Both the position numbers and the translations under genes were made by a program. The notes beneath the pieces were generated by a model. The model saw only the letters and a program-made list of their open reading frames with translations, had not been told where the DNA came from and did not search any database. A stretch of DNA of 64,000 nt. Origin: Octopus vulgaris. Lineage: Eukaryota. Positions 1 through 13,875 of this stretch are shown in pieces. Each line of letters starts with the position of its first letter. The stretch's first letter is position 1. The stretch is from contig OX597818.1 in the NCBI GenBank assembly GCA_951406725.2, positions 140,988,001 to 141,052,000 on the forward strand, given 5' to 3'.

Positions 1-127
1 ATTAATCAGCCGAAATTGCTACGATGATCCGGTTCTTGACTGAAGATTGAAGGCTTCGAATGTCCCGTCCGTGTTTTTTGTATCGTCTTCTAAATGTTTT
101 ACGTTCTTGTCCCAGTTTGTATTTTTC
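1..127 (+). repeat. Unclassified interspersed repeat, 3' part (same family as 30845-31228 and 40861-41275)
   Basis: ATTAATCAGCCGAAATTGC..GATGATCCGGTTCTTGACTGAAGATT..GGCTTCGAATG.CCCGTCCG is nearly identical to 41137-41260; ends in (TA)n. Confidence 0.85.
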
Positions 128-583
128 TACATATAATATATATATATACACATATATATACATGTGTGCATGGAAATGTGCATATGTATGAGTACGTACA
201 TGCACATATATGTTTGTGTGTTTATGCGTATACATATACATGTTCGTGTAACAGTGTACGTATGTAGACTTACATATATATATATATATATATGTTTGTA
301 TGTATGTATGTATGTATATGAAGACTTGTATATGAAAAGCCAATTTTCGGATATGTTGTGAACACAATGGACAACATTTTTGTATACGATATCCTTATAT
401 ATGCATACATGTATGTGTGTGTGTGTATCACAAGAGACTGTCAGAGCCGTATACGTCAATGTAGGTATACGCAAATACCAAGCTTTAAGTTTGTAAATTC
501 GTGAACTTTTATGCCTCTGTATATATATATATATATATATGTGAGTGTGTGTGTATGAAAATGTATTCTATGAGCTACTATAT

Positions 584-675
<92 letters not shown>

Positions 676-1113
676 GTGTGCTACATAGCTAAGCTTTAAA
701 TTCCAATTTCACTTTTACAGTTATTTATCATATATTTTCCCATTGAAGTCAATACACTGCATCCTTTCTTCTATTTCAGTATAGTATCAACAAATAAAAT
801 TGATGGATCTATTGTAAACTTTAACACTATTTCATGGGAACAAACAGCTGACCTAGGAACATTATATTTATTTTACTTACAATATTATTGGTTGCAGCAC
901 AACCCGTGATAGATTTTACCGTAAACACTATCGAGACCATGATTAAATATCTTGTATATTTTAGATAATAATGGACTCCGTGTAAACATATATATATAAA
1001 TATGTATATGCTTACTTCACCGACACGTGCGCACACAGAAACTTTTACTTATCTACACCCACGCACTCACAAAAATGTACCCCCTCGCATATACCAACAC
1101 ATATAGGTGTGAT

Positions 1114-1146
<33 letters not shown>

Positions 1147-1161
1147 ATATATATATATATA

Positions 1162-1212
<51 letters not shown>

Positions 1213-1544
1213 CTATCTGTCAACCTATTTATCTTTCTATCTAACTATCTAGTTCTGCACACATGCTCACACATACATATGTATTTATATATGTGGGTGG
1301 GTTGTTGTTTGTGTATGTTTGTATATATGTATGTACATTGTGATTGTAGACTAAATCATTCGAGTGTAAATATTTGATTTTCAAACAAAAGTATAGAAAA
1401 GCCCGATAGAACAGAAACAAATTTTGATAAACACGCATGCATGCGCACACAATTATACACATGGCTAAAGGCACAAGCCCACACACTCTAACTATTTTAC
1501 ACACATACACACGTACACACACATACACACACACACACATATAC

Positions 1545-1629
<85 letters not shown>

Positions 1630-1791
1630 CACATATATACTTGCATACATACATACATACGTATGTTTGTGTATGCGTAAATGTGTGTATGTGTAATCAT
1701 GTATGGATGCATATGTGTATATATAAGTGTTTCATCAATGCAAAATACTGAATACACACACACACCCGCTAACGTCTGTTTGTATATATAA

Positions 1792-1855
<64 letters not shown>

Positions 1856-1991
1856 TAACGTTAATTTGCGAATATAGTGGCAGTCCTGAGTAGGGTTATG
1901 TTACTAGTTTTTAACCCCAGGAAATTTACTGTAACCCCGATATATACTGTGACCAAGGGAGTTTACTACTCTCTTCTAGCCGTTTGCAGTA

Positions 1992-2037
1992 CCAGTAGAC
2001 CAACGGATTTTGGGTAATTTCTCGTCATCGGGACTGG
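1992..2037 (-). ncRNA. Degenerate hammerhead copy in the first repeat unit
   Basis: Minus strand: CCAGU-c-CCGAUGA-cgag-aaauua-ccca-AAAU-ccguug-GUC-u-ACUGG. The GAAA core is mutated. Confidence 0.5.
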
Positions 2038-2346
2038 AGAACTGCTGGATAGTGATAGCACGTACTCGACATTACTCACAATATATAAATACAGAAGCGA
2101 CAGACAGTCGCTAATCTCGTAAGATGAAAAACTAGTTTTTAAATCCCTGAATGAGATGTATGTAGTATCAATAGTGTATAATAAAGTTTATTTGCCAACA
2201 TAAAGTGGCAGCCTGCGTACCCCTATGTTACTACTTATTAATCCCAAGAAAACATCCCCTTTTCCAGCTACTTATCGTCACATGATCTTTGTCCGAGATA
2301 TACTGTGAGCAAGGGAGCTTACTACTTCCTTCTAAACGTTAGCATT

Positions 2347-2394
2347 TCCAGTAGACTAATGGTTTCTGGGTAATTTCCCGTCGTCGGTACTGGA
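2347..2394 (-). ncRNA. Type I minimal hammerhead ribozyme, U4C core variant
   Basis: Minus strand: UCCAGUA-CCGACGA-c-GGG-aaauua-CCC-a-GAAA-C-cauua-GUC-UACUGGA. 7-bp stem I, GUC triplet, predicted cut at 2354/2353. Confidence 0.7.
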
Positions 2395-2510
2395 TAAATG
2401 CTGGCTAGAGATAGCAGCAAATCGAACTTTCTCACAGTATATAAACATAGAAGCGACAGAGAGTCACTGATCTCGCAAGGAGAAAAACAACTAGTTTTAA
2501 ATCTCTGAAT

Positions 2511-2558
<48 letters not shown>

Positions 2559-2574
2559 GAGAGAGAGAGGGAGA

Positions 2575-2576
2575 TG

Positions 2577-2660
<84 letters not shown>

Positions 2661-2662
2661 AG

Positions 2663-2753
<91 letters not shown>

Positions 2754-2760
2754 TTAGATA
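2575..2760. repeat. (GATA)n microsatellite
   Basis: Direct reading. Confidence 0.97.
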
Positions 2761-2765
2761 TGTAT

Positions 2766-3100
2766 AGGCACAGCCATGGTTGTGTGGTAAAAAAGCTTGC
2801 TTGTCAACCACATGGTCCTGGGTTCAGTGCTACTGTGTGGCACCTTGGCCAAACGATTCTACTATAATCTCTGGCAGATCAAAGCCTTATGTATATATTT
2901 ATATCTGTGCATCTGTTTTTGTTCTTCCCATCATCGCCTGGGAACCGATGCGGGTTTGTTTATGTCCCTGTAACTTATCGGTTCGACAAAAGTGACTGAT
3001 AGTACTAGGCTTACAAAGAATACGTTCTGGGAAAGATTTCTTGTCCAGAATATCCGCAATCAAATGACTGAAACAAGGAAAGAAATAAAAGAATAAAAGA
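2766..3100 (+). mobile_element. Decayed tRNA-derived CORE-type SINE (family A)
   Basis: Diverged match to the copies at 33106 and 62513 (TGTGTGGTAA..GCTTGCTT..CAACCACATGGT..GGGTTCAGT; 3' end CAAATGACTGAAACAAG). Confidence 0.8.
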
Positions 3101-3117
3101 ATATATAAGTATATATA

Positions 3118-4315
3118 CAGGGTGACTAAGGTATTTGAGGACATTCCTTTTTTGGGGTTATTGCTGTATTTTTTGCTAACTCTGTATAATCTTGGTTTCA
3201 TAAAATAATAATTGCAGACCCTAAGCTTACTCAAAAAATGAAGAGGCATGCTGTTATTGTGGTTATAAAGGCTGAGCATATCGATTTAGAAATATTTTGA
3301 TTTTTAAAAGTTGCCAGATATTTCGTCTACACAGTTTTTAAGGAGCTAGAGACAGAAGATAGAAACGTATCACCAGTTTCAAAGTATAAAAAGCATTCTA
3401 ATCGTTTTGAAATCATCAGAACACCTGAATTTATTCAGCAAGTTCGACAGACTATTGATTACAATCGCAGAAAATCCGTGAGGTCAATTGCAAAAGATTT
3501 CCATGTGTCAGAAGGAGCAGTAAGAAATTTTGTCCACGAAGACATCAGATATAAGTCTTATATGATGAGGAAAGCTCAATTTATCAGAAAAAGCAAAAGA
3601 TCTACATCAGATCTAAAAGGCTCTTAAACAAACTGAAAAATCCAGCAGAAGAAGATTTGATTAGGTTTTTCTCAAACGAGAAAAACTTCGAGTAAGATCA
3701 AAAAGTTGACAGAAGAAATGATAGATGGTTATGTGCAAACCCTTTAGAAGTTCCAAGTGTTATGCATACAAAATTACCTCTAACTATCATGGTTTTAGGG
3801 GTTGTCAGCAATGAAAGAGATGTGATGCCGCCTTACTCCTTTCTACAAAGCCTCAGAGTTGACACTGCCGCCTACATTGAGGTCCTGGAAATAATTGTTA
3901 ATCCCTGGATAGGCAGTGTATGCAATGGAAGCGCATATGTGTTTCAGTAATACTGCACTATCACACATGGCTCTATAAGGCAGGAATGGATTGCTGAAAA
4001 TTTTGATGGTCACATAACTCCTAACATTTGGCCTCCTAATTCCCCAGGTCAATGAACACGCCCATAAAACCAAAGATTCTTTGAAAGCTACCATAGTCAG
4101 AGTAATGTCCAAAATGAACTGGGACAACTTGAATCGAGAATGTAGACGATTTAGGTCTCATATAGAAACATTTGTTAAAGCTCGGTGACCAACATTATAG
4201 AAAGGGTTTATTTTTATCCTCATAGCAATTTTTGATAAATAAAATTATTATCTGTCATTATACATCTGTTTTTTTTATAAACATAAATCTGTCCTGAAAC
4301 ATATTAGACACTATG
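3118..4315 (+). mobile_element. Decayed Tc1/mariner element, maT/DD37D-like
   Basis: TA|CAGGGTGACTAAGGTATTTGAGGACA with a degenerate inverted copy at 4290-4315. Broken transposase motifs FFSNEKNF..NDRW, MVLGVVS..DVMPP, YVFQ* and WPPNSP. Confidence 0.85.
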
Positions 4316-4316
4316 C

Positions 4317-4376
<60 letters not shown>

Positions 4377-4676
4377 TATTTAAAACACCATAATCTCGAA
4401 ACGCATCTGTGGCTAATCGGAGTCGTTTTGATTCATTGTTTTTCTCTTTGCCTACGTAAAAATGTAGTAGAAAAGGAATTATTTAACTCCTATTTCTAAA
4501 TTCAGTATGTAGTGAAGCAATTAGCTGACCCCTAATTATAATTATGTTTATAATTATAGAATATTTGTATAATTTTACCTATAAAGGTTATTTTAACCTA
4601 TCGATCTACTTGGTAAAATTATTAATTAATTGATTGATTAATTAATTGATTTAATTAATTAATTTTACCTTTTTAT

Positions 4677-4709
<33 letters not shown>

Positions 4710-5023
4710 ATGTATATACACATACACACACAAACATACAAATGAATGCCCACATGCACACATATACATACACACGAGTGTGTGCGTGCGTATATTTTAA
4801 ATTCTTTTCACAAATTTGATCGTTTTACTAATGACGTGTCACTAAAACTGTCACTCTGAGTAAGCTTCCATCAGTGATACTTCGATGCCATTATCAAGAA
4901 AATTTAGATATTAGATTAGACTGCAGACATGGATGTTTCTTTGCTTCCGTTAAATATTCGTCTGAATGATGTATGAATCTACATCGATATTGAAACGTAC
5001 TGAAACACACACATTCATAAACA

Positions 5024-5556
5024 CACATACATACATACATACATACATACATACATACATACATACATACATACATACATTCATACATACATACATACAT
5101 ACATACATACATACATACATACATACATACATACATACATACATACATACATACATACATACAAACATACATACATACATACATACATGCATGCATACAT
5201 ACATACATACATACATACATACATACATACATACATACAAACATACATACATACATGCATACATACATACATGCATACATACAAACATACATACATACAA
5301 ACATACATACAAACATACATACATACATACATACATACATACAAACAAACATATATACATACATACATACATACATACATACATACATACATACAAACAT
5401 ACATACATACATACATACATACATACATACATACATACATACAAACATACATACATACATACATACATACATACAAACATACATACATACATACATACAT
5501 ACATACAAACATACATACATACATACATACATACATGCATACATACATACATACAT
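5024..5556. repeat. (TACA)n microsatellite, ~530 bp
   Basis: Direct reading; source of the spurious MYVC/YIHT ORFs. Confidence 0.97.
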
Positions 5557-6008
5557 AGATACATATGTGTGTGTATCTGTGTGTGTATCTGTATGTGTGC
5601 ACGACAAAGACAAAGTTGAAAACGTACCAATGCATTTCAGATAAAACAAAGGAAATGTAAAATCTTATTCATTCATCATTTTGTCAGTCGTGAAGTAAGA
5701 GGAAATATTCCATTTGGTATATTTTGTGTACGGTATTAACTTCATCACTTGTCAGCAAACTTCCTTGTTATATGTATGGAAGGATCGGCGTTGTTGGAGA
5801 TGTCGGGTAGAGAGGAAATGCATTTTATGTGTGCTTATGAACGCACACGCATACTCATACGTAGAAAATGTTTAAATTCTACCTCCTTGGATTTCTAAGC
5901 TGCACTTTTACAATTGTATTGCTTAAAAATACATTAATACGCGTTATATAGTTAATTTTTTTTTTCCATCCTGGTTTCGCTTCTAATATGTGATAGGTCT
6001 TTTACTTT

Positions 6009-6272
6009 ACGAGGTTGTATCAAAAAGTTCTCTGACTAATTATGTTTAACAGAAAATAACTTATTTACCTAAAATTTTAACATCTCCTTCGAAATTATCC
6101 GCTTGTGCAGCAACTAGTCCCAGAGTTACTGCAACTTTTGGAATTCCGCATGGAAATCATTTTCAGTAACTGAGTCAAGAGCCTTCAGCAATTTAACCTG
6201 AATCTCGATAACGGTGTTAAAACCGTGACCTTTGAGCTACATTTTCATCTTGGGGAAGAGATGGAAGTCCGC
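6009..6272 (-). mobile_element. Mariner 3' fragment
   Basis: TACGAGGTTGTATCAAAAAGTT TIR-like end; the minus strand encodes DFHLFPKMK, the motif following the mariner third Asp. Confidence 0.7.
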
Positions 6273-6745
6273 AGATCCTTATGGACTTAATTAGAGTTTG
6301 GATGTGAACCTTCAATTAAGCTATGCTATAGCCTATCAACTGGAATCAGCTTTGGTTTAGAGGTACAAGCCAACAATTTAGGTGGTGTTACTTACAGTAA
6401 CAACTAAATATGTTGCTAGCATATAATAATGGATTTAACATCATAGATTTTTAATGCTGAAAGTGATGTGTTGAAATATACTTACGCAGATATTGATAAT
6501 TATAGTAAACACAGCTGTCAAAGTTCATTAGAGATTTAAACTTGGCTTATATTTTCCCATTAAATTTATATTTTGTAATACATAATGATATATTTTGAAA
6601 CAATAAGATTGCAAAGAATTGTTTTACAATAATTTAATTAATTACAATACAAAATTAATTGGGGATTTTGTTACACAAACACATATATAGATAGATATAT
6701 ACACGCACACACATATATATATGTATACAGAGAAAGGCAAAAGTG

Positions 6746-6781
<36 letters not shown>

Positions 6782-7589
6782 GTGTATACACATGTATAAA
6801 TATACATATACATACATATACATCAGAATACACAATAATTAAATTGTTATTCATTACATTCAATACAGCTTCATAATAGTTATATACATATATGTGTGTG
6901 TTTGTGTGTGTGTGTATGTATGAATGTTTGTATCCATATAGGTATATAAAGCTGTGGCCAATATGAATTTTAGAAATACGAGTATGATGCGCAAAATTAA
7001 AATTCTATGAATGGTTATTCATCAGTAACCTGCAGTCGTGTAAAGGGGTAGTTCAAAATACTACCATATGTTTTCCGATTGTTGAGTTAGATTAGTCTCT
7101 GAGCTGCTTGGATTCCGTCGGTTACAAATGATTGGTTTTAATAATTTTCTTAGTATCAGACATTCATCCTCAAGTCCACAAGTATATATTACTTATATCA
7201 TTGGCTTTAATGATCAGAAGAACGCCTATTCTCAGATATTTGCGCACGGGTGTTTTGACCAACGAGTCACGACTGCAGGCACGATTCTTTTATTCTATTC
7301 ATGAAGTATTCTGTTATGCTGGTGATGTACCATGCACCGCATTTTCATTCTCCCGATCGGCGCGCCATCTACTGAACGTAAAAAAAGTGTTTAACTTAGA
7401 AAATATCGTAAAATTTTGATTTCATTCTTTCCATTACTAATTCAATATTCTTGTCTCCGATTATATTCTCATGAGACATTTAATATCTGGCGCAACGTAG
7501 ATTTCGATTTAAATATATATTCTTCCTGTATTCCTCCTCTGGATAAAACTGAGTGCATTATTTTATTATCGTTAGCGGAATCGTTAGCA

Positions 7590-7746
7590 TGCCAGACAAA
7601 ATGCTTAGTAGCATTTCATCCGTCTTTTATATTCTGAGTTCAAATTCTGCTATTGTTGACTGTAGCCTTCGTCGTTTCGACGTCGATGAAATAAGTACCA
7701 GCTGAGCAAAGGAGTCGATGCAATCGTCTTGACCCCTATAATAGAA

Positions 7747-7748
<2 letters not shown>
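7590..7748 (+). mobile_element. Decayed Nin/Deu-domain SINE (family D)
   Basis: GAGTTCAAATTC..GCCTT..GTCGATGAAATAAGTACCAG matches the copies at 50955 and 53669. Confidence 0.7.
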
Positions 7749-7781
<33 letters not shown>

Positions 7782-7840
7782 GATTGTTATTATTTTTATT
7801 ATTATTATTATTATTACTACTATTATTATTATTATTATTA

Positions 7841-8390
7841 TGTGAGAGAGCAGTGCATACCATCAAAGTGACACTGGGGTAAAATATACGAAGCCCAATA
7901 TACCCATCATGACTACCCGTCTGATAAAGGTACACCAGGCACATGCATCACAACCATATGTGCGCGACATGGTGATCTCATATCAAGATAAACAGCACAT
8001 GACCTTGCAGGTGGGGCCCAGTTAGAATTTTCTTCAGGTTGAGTAGCCCATCCCGCTCAAAAGGTCCCTGAATAAGGGTTGTTTAAGGATGTTGAAAGAA
8101 CCACCCATGTTTCCAGAGGTGAATTATTCAAATCCCAAAGAATCCCTCTCAACACATGGCTATGATGCTCCCCCACTATTTCTGCTCGTGATCAGAGATG
8201 CACATATCGTCAGCCACTAAGGGACATGCTCAACTGGTTAAGGTCAAACAACTGACAAGCAAATCTGTGGTATTGAGCAGAATATTTGCTGTAGCCCATC
8301 TTTTATACCAAGTCAAAACAATGTACATAACACTTCCAATCAGTTAAGATCAGAAGCCATGAGAGCCACTGTCTGGTACTGCATCAGGGC

Positions 8391-8393
<3 letters not shown>
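7841..8393. mobile_element. Non-coding ~550 bp insertion inside (TAA)n, unclassified
   Basis: Complex, higher-GC block with sharp boundaries to (TAT)n on both sides; no meaningful ORF. Confidence 0.55.
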
Positions 8394-8480
<87 letters not shown>

Positions 8481-8854
8481 AATTATTATTATTATTACCT
8501 TCGTGAAGAAACTATTATTAATATCGTAAATTGTAATTGCTGCATTTTCCAGACTTCATATAACCGTTGAATGCAGCTGGTGTTCACCAGGAATTTCTTT
8601 TTGCTCTATTACAAACGAGAAATTTAGGCATGTGTTGGCAGGGCGAAACTCATTCACTTCTTTTTAAAATTTCAATCTTAAACAAGAATTTCCTTGAATA
8701 TCGATCAGTTTCCTGCCAGAAGGTTTATACTGCCGCTGTTGTTAATCATCCGTCCGTTATCGTTAGGATATCAATTACTACACGAAACATTGTACTTTTA
8801 TAACAACAATCACAACGGAGTGGTGACGTGAGAACACATTACTGTTAAATCTAA

Positions 8855-8913
<59 letters not shown>

Positions 8914-9432
8914 ACAGCAGCAGCAATAGCACCGGCTGCTGCAATATCAGCACCAACCGTCTTAAAAGTAGCAGGAGCTGCAGTATTAGTGGTTGTTAGT
9001 GATTGTTACTGGAGGTGATAGTTGTAGCAGATATAGTAGTAGTAGTATTAGTAGTAGTAGTAGTAGTAGTATATTAGGACAGCGGTCTTTTCAAATTTAA
9101 AAGACATATCACCGAAAGCTTTCGTTTTCTAGCTACTACATCATTTTCATTTTCTCGGTCAAAGTTTACCTTCGACTACATTATATAATGTGCTCAACAT
9201 TTATGAAGACAGTACGATGTGATTGCACGAAAATTTGGTAATAGTTTTTGACAGGGTGCAGTGAAAATATATAGAGGTTTTAAGAAACTATACTGTGAAT
9301 TAATTACATAAGCAGGATAACATTGTTAACGCAGATGACGATGGTGACAACGAGGGAGACTTCTATAAAGATAATTGTCATTGTCATCATTCGAAGCCGT
9401 GCTGAATGAACATCAGTAAAATTGGTTTTGGA

Positions 9433-9657
9433 ATGAAAGAAAAGAAACGGAAAGAAGCAAAGGAAGGAAGGAAGGAAAGAAGGAAGGAAGGGAGGGAGGG
9501 AGGGAGTTAGGAAATGTAAGAAAGAAGGGGAGAAAGAGAGAGAGAGAAAGATAAAGAAAAAACGAAAAGAAAGAAAACAACGAAAGTGAGAAAGGAATTA
9601 AAAACGAAGGAAAGAAAGAGCACTTTAGGGAGGAAGGAAAGAGGGAAGGAAGGAGAC

Positions 9658-9712
<55 letters not shown>

Positions 9713-10135
9713 AATGAAGGAAGGAAGAATGAATGAACAAGTAAATCACAGAAGAAAGGAAGAAAGGAAGAAAGAAAAAAGAAAGAAAGAAAGAAAGAAA
9801 AAAGAAAGGAAATAAGGAAGAAAGGATGGGAGGAAGAAACGTATGAAGGAAAAGTGAATGAACAAATAAATCACAGAAGAAAGGAAGAAGGGAAGGAAGA
9901 ACGAAGGAAAGAAAGAAAGAAAGAAAGAAAGAAAGAAAAAAATTATGGAAAGAAAGTAAGAAGAGAAGGAAGAAAGATTGAAACAAAGAAAGAATGGAAG
10001 GAGGAAAGGGAGGAAAATAGGAAGAAATGAAGGAAGAAAGAAAGAAAGAATGAAAGGTGGACAGAAAGAAAGAAACAAAGAAGCAGAGAAAAGCTGACAG
10101 AAAGAAACAAAAATGAAGGAAAGAAAGAAAGAAAA
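9433..10135. repeat. Purine-rich (GAAA/GGAA)n low-complexity tract
   Basis: Direct reading. Confidence 0.95.
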
Positions 10136-10360
10136 TAATGACCAAAATATAGGGAGAAAAATGCAGTAATTTTATTTATCATTGTTGAAAGAAAAAAACA
10201 CCCGCATTATAAAAGACACAGAAAACCTGCCTGAAAAAAATTGAAAAGAGAGACAGGAATACACGAAGACATAAATCTTGTTCTATATTATCTTTAGTTT
10301 TATTTCTTTCATAGTTTAAAAGAAAAGAAATATAGGAACCGGAAACAATATTTGTAAAGC

Positions 10361-10409
10361 AATAATAATAACAATAATAATAATCATAATAATAATAATA
10401 ATAATAATA

Positions 10410-10455
<46 letters not shown>

Positions 10456-10907
10456 CAACAATAATTATGATAGTAATTATAATGATAATAATAATAATAA
10501 TATTAATAATAATAATAATAATAATAACAATAATAATAATAATAATAATAGTAATAATTATAACAATAATAATAATAATAACAACAACAACAACGACAAC
10601 AACAAGAAGAACAAGAATGATGATGATAGTAATGATAATACTAATAATAATAATGGAATATATAAATAAAAAGGAATTTTGAAAAATAAAAATTTGCTAA
10701 AAAAAAAAAACAAGATTTTTACAAAATCGATAATATATCAAGTTTAATTGATGATCAGCAAAAATCTATGTTCATACTGAAAGGCTGATAAAAGAAATTA
10801 AATTGATAAATGAATGAACGAAAGCCCACTAATAACAGTAAATAATATGAGTAAAAAAAATAACAGCAATAATGATAATAATAATAATAATAATAACAGC
10901 AATAATG

Positions 10908-10974
<67 letters not shown>

Positions 10975-11002
10975 CAACAATACATGATGATGATGATGTC
11001 GG

Positions 11003-11081
<79 letters not shown>

Positions 11082-11105
11082 GGAGTTGGTGGTGTTGAAA
11101 ATGAT
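10361..11105. repeat. Compound (TAA)n/(CAA)n/(GAT)n microsatellites
   Basis: Direct reading; gives the poly-I, poly-D and poly-H pseudo-ORFs. Confidence 0.95.
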
Positions 11106-11549
11106 GAATAACCAAAAGTTGCTACAAAAATCTAATTAATTGCACGCATGTGTTTGAATGAACTTACGGGGCACTGTATGTATGTATGTGTGTATGTATG
11201 TATGTATGTATGTATGTATGTATGTATGTATATATGTATGTGTGTATGTGTGTATGTGTGTATATGTGTATGTACGTATGTATGTATGTGTGTGTATGTA
11301 TGTATGCATGCATGTATGTATGTATGTATGTATGTTTGTAAACATATGTGTATGTGAGTGTGTGTGTGTGTGTTCCTCATGATATGTAGCTTTGTGATTG
11401 AAAGAGTTTATAACAGCTGAAGTTATGAGAAAGAAAATTACTGAAATGGTTAACATGCTTTCATTCACTTTAAATAATAGCCAGAATGTGTAGGAATGTG
11501 TAAGTACAAATGGGATATCTCGACATAAAACAATGTGGAATAGAGGATG

Positions 11550-11653
<104 letters not shown>

Positions 11654-12062
11654 GCACACGCTTGAACACATACATTGTACACGCATGAAAAGTGCTCATT
11701 ACACTTCCGTGTATATATGTCAGTGTGTGTTTGTGAATAAATGTTCGGTTGTGTATGCCTTCTTTGGAAATGATTGGAATATCGGAATTCTGTGCAATGC
11801 CTTCTCAGATAATCGGTTTGTGTTCAATGTTTTTCCAGGGGTGGAATCAGCTGAGTGTCAGACATAATATTTCTCGACTTATAAAGATTCAACAGTTTAC
11901 GTTCTGGTTTCGAATCTCTGTAAGCTTGACATGGCATTTCATTCTTATTCAGTCGATAAAAATTATCAGGGAAATACTCTACTTGGCTTAATATATTAAC
12001 CACCGCTACTCCATCAAATATTAATAGTTCAGTTTTTCTACCAGAATTTTCTGTGTGTACTC

Positions 12063-12477
12063 TTTACTCCTTTACTCTTTTACTTGTTTCAGTCATTTGA
12101 CTGCGGCCATGCTGGAGCACCACCTTTAGTCGAGCAAGTCGACCCCGGGACTTATTCTTTTTTGTAAGCCCAGTACTTATTCTATCGGTCTCTTTTGCCG
12201 AACCGCTAAGTGACGGGGACGTAAACACACCAGCATCGGTTGTCAAGCAATGCTAGGGGGACAAACACAGACACACAAACACAGAAACACACACACATAT
12301 ATATACATATATACGACGGGCTTCTTTCGGTTTCCGTCTACTAAATCCACTCACAAGGCATTGGTCGGCCCGGGGCTATAGCAGAAGACACTTGCCCAAG
12401 GTGCCACGCAGTGGGACTGAACCCGGAACCATGTGGTTGGTAAGCAAGCTACTTACCACACAGCCACTCCTGCGCCT
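12063..12477 (-). mobile_element. tRNA-derived CORE-type SINE, family A (full length)
   Basis: Reverse complement of 33106-33502. A/B-box-like head (TGGCTGTGTGGT; GGTTCAGTCCC), CORE-like GGCACCTTGGGCAAGTGTCTT and a (GTAAAAGA)-type tail. Confidence 0.9.
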
Positions 12478-12808
12478 CTTGCAGTTATAAATACACTAGC
12501 TAGTCCGTGCATAATTTACTTAAATAGAATGATAATTTACAGAAGTAGGAAGTAATGTGGGTTGAAGGGCTCGATCATATAATTTTTAAAATCAGAGAGG
12601 TCCGTCGATAACATTTTTCGAGCAAACAATAAACAACATATCTCTTTTCAAGCAAAAAGAGCTAGATTTCGTGCAAATAGTGATGCATTGCAAAACAAAA
12701 TAACAATCATGAGTCTGAGGAATTATTCGGAAAGATTGAAAAGGAAATCCATTAATCCGAAAATACAATAAGAGGTGTAGTGGAACGAAACCGAATAATA
12801 TGCGTATA

Positions 12809-12880
<72 letters not shown>

Positions 12881-12928
12881 CATATATAAATAAATGAAAG
12901 AATGGAGTTAGACGACGATTTAACAAAA

Positions 12929-13027
12929 TTCCTTTATTCTCAACATATGTTTCGAAGGCTGCATATTCCTAATTTCGAAGGAATAAGGGGTGCATTATGC
13001 CGCCTTCTCATCAGGAAAAACAAGGAA
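12929..13027 (-). ncRNA. Type I hammerhead ribozyme with canonical core
   Basis: Minus strand: UUCCUU-g-UUUUUC-CUGAUGA-GAAGGC-[branched insert]-GCCUUC-GAAA-CAUAUG-UU-GAGAA-ua-AAGGAA. Palindromic stem III; lies in a ~200 bp block between (TA)n tracts. Confidence 0.8.
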
Positions 13028-13084
13028 CTTATGTCAGCATCAAGATGAACAAAAACTTTTAGATGGCTGCCAACACGGAGCCCA

Positions 13085-13216
<132 letters not shown>

Positions 13217-13392
13217 GCGAGTTAACATAGGTTTCCTTGATGACAATATGACCTTATATATATTTGCCGTATCTTCTATATATTCGTCGTACCCCTCATT
13301 AAGTAATTATTACTTCCGAGGATCTGCTAGCTAGGAATCATATATAGCCTGGATTTTACCTGCTACATTTCCTCAACTTTGATTATATATAT

Positions 13393-13875
13393 ATTGGGTC
13401 ATGCCATAAGTAATGCGGTGTTTTCAATTGCATGAAGTTAAAGTCATAGGGGAACGGGATAAACTACCTGCATCAACTTCCTATAAAAGCAATTACTATT
13501 TTTAATTTGTCGATAATTTTTGTGCAAGTTTCGAAGAGTGCAGTTAGATTTTAACTGTTATTTTTTGAAAGTTATGATGGAAGTAACAAAGGAGTATATT
13601 CGGTATATTTTCCCCTATGAGATCAATAAAGGCAACAACGGTAAGGGTGAGGAATATTAATGCAGTATATGGGGATCGGGCAATAAGCGTAAGCCAGTCT
13701 CAACTGTGGTTCCGGAAATTCCGAACCGGAAACTACAGCCTAGAAGACGAGACTCGTTCTAGAAGACCTGTTAACCTCGACGTGGACGTCCTGCAAACAC
13801 TGGCAGAACAAAATTCCATCGTAACTGTTGATGAACTAGCAGATAGAGCTTGTATTTGGTCATTCAACCATTCAT
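13393..13875 (+). mobile_element. Mariner 5' fragment (TIR plus HTH region)
   Basis: TA|TTGGGTCATGCCATAAGTAATGCGG TIR-like start; RNINAVYG..WFRKFRTGNYSLEDETRSRRP is a mariner HTH/GRP signature; frameshifted. Confidence 0.85.

Larger units (their letters stand above)
1876..2515 (-). mobile_element. Tandem dimer of a ~330-356 bp HHR-bearing non-coding unit (retrozyme-like or tandem PLE pLTR)
   Basis: Two diverged direct copies (AGTGGCAG at 1876 and 2204; CTGAATGAGAT ending at 2157 and 2515). Each has a hammerhead-like motif on the minus strand. Flanked by (TG)n and (TA)n. Confidence 0.75.

Noticed and set aside
36-70. CTGAAGA..CGAA hammerhead-like motif (also 41172-41205)
   Set aside because: GAAU instead of GAAA, and no consistent stem I or II in either copy.
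4826-4970. Two possible eroded hammerheads (CTGATGG..GACACGTC; CAGACGA..GAAACATCCATGTC)
   Set aside because: Cores are broken and stem I cannot be formed; not distinguishable from chance by eye.
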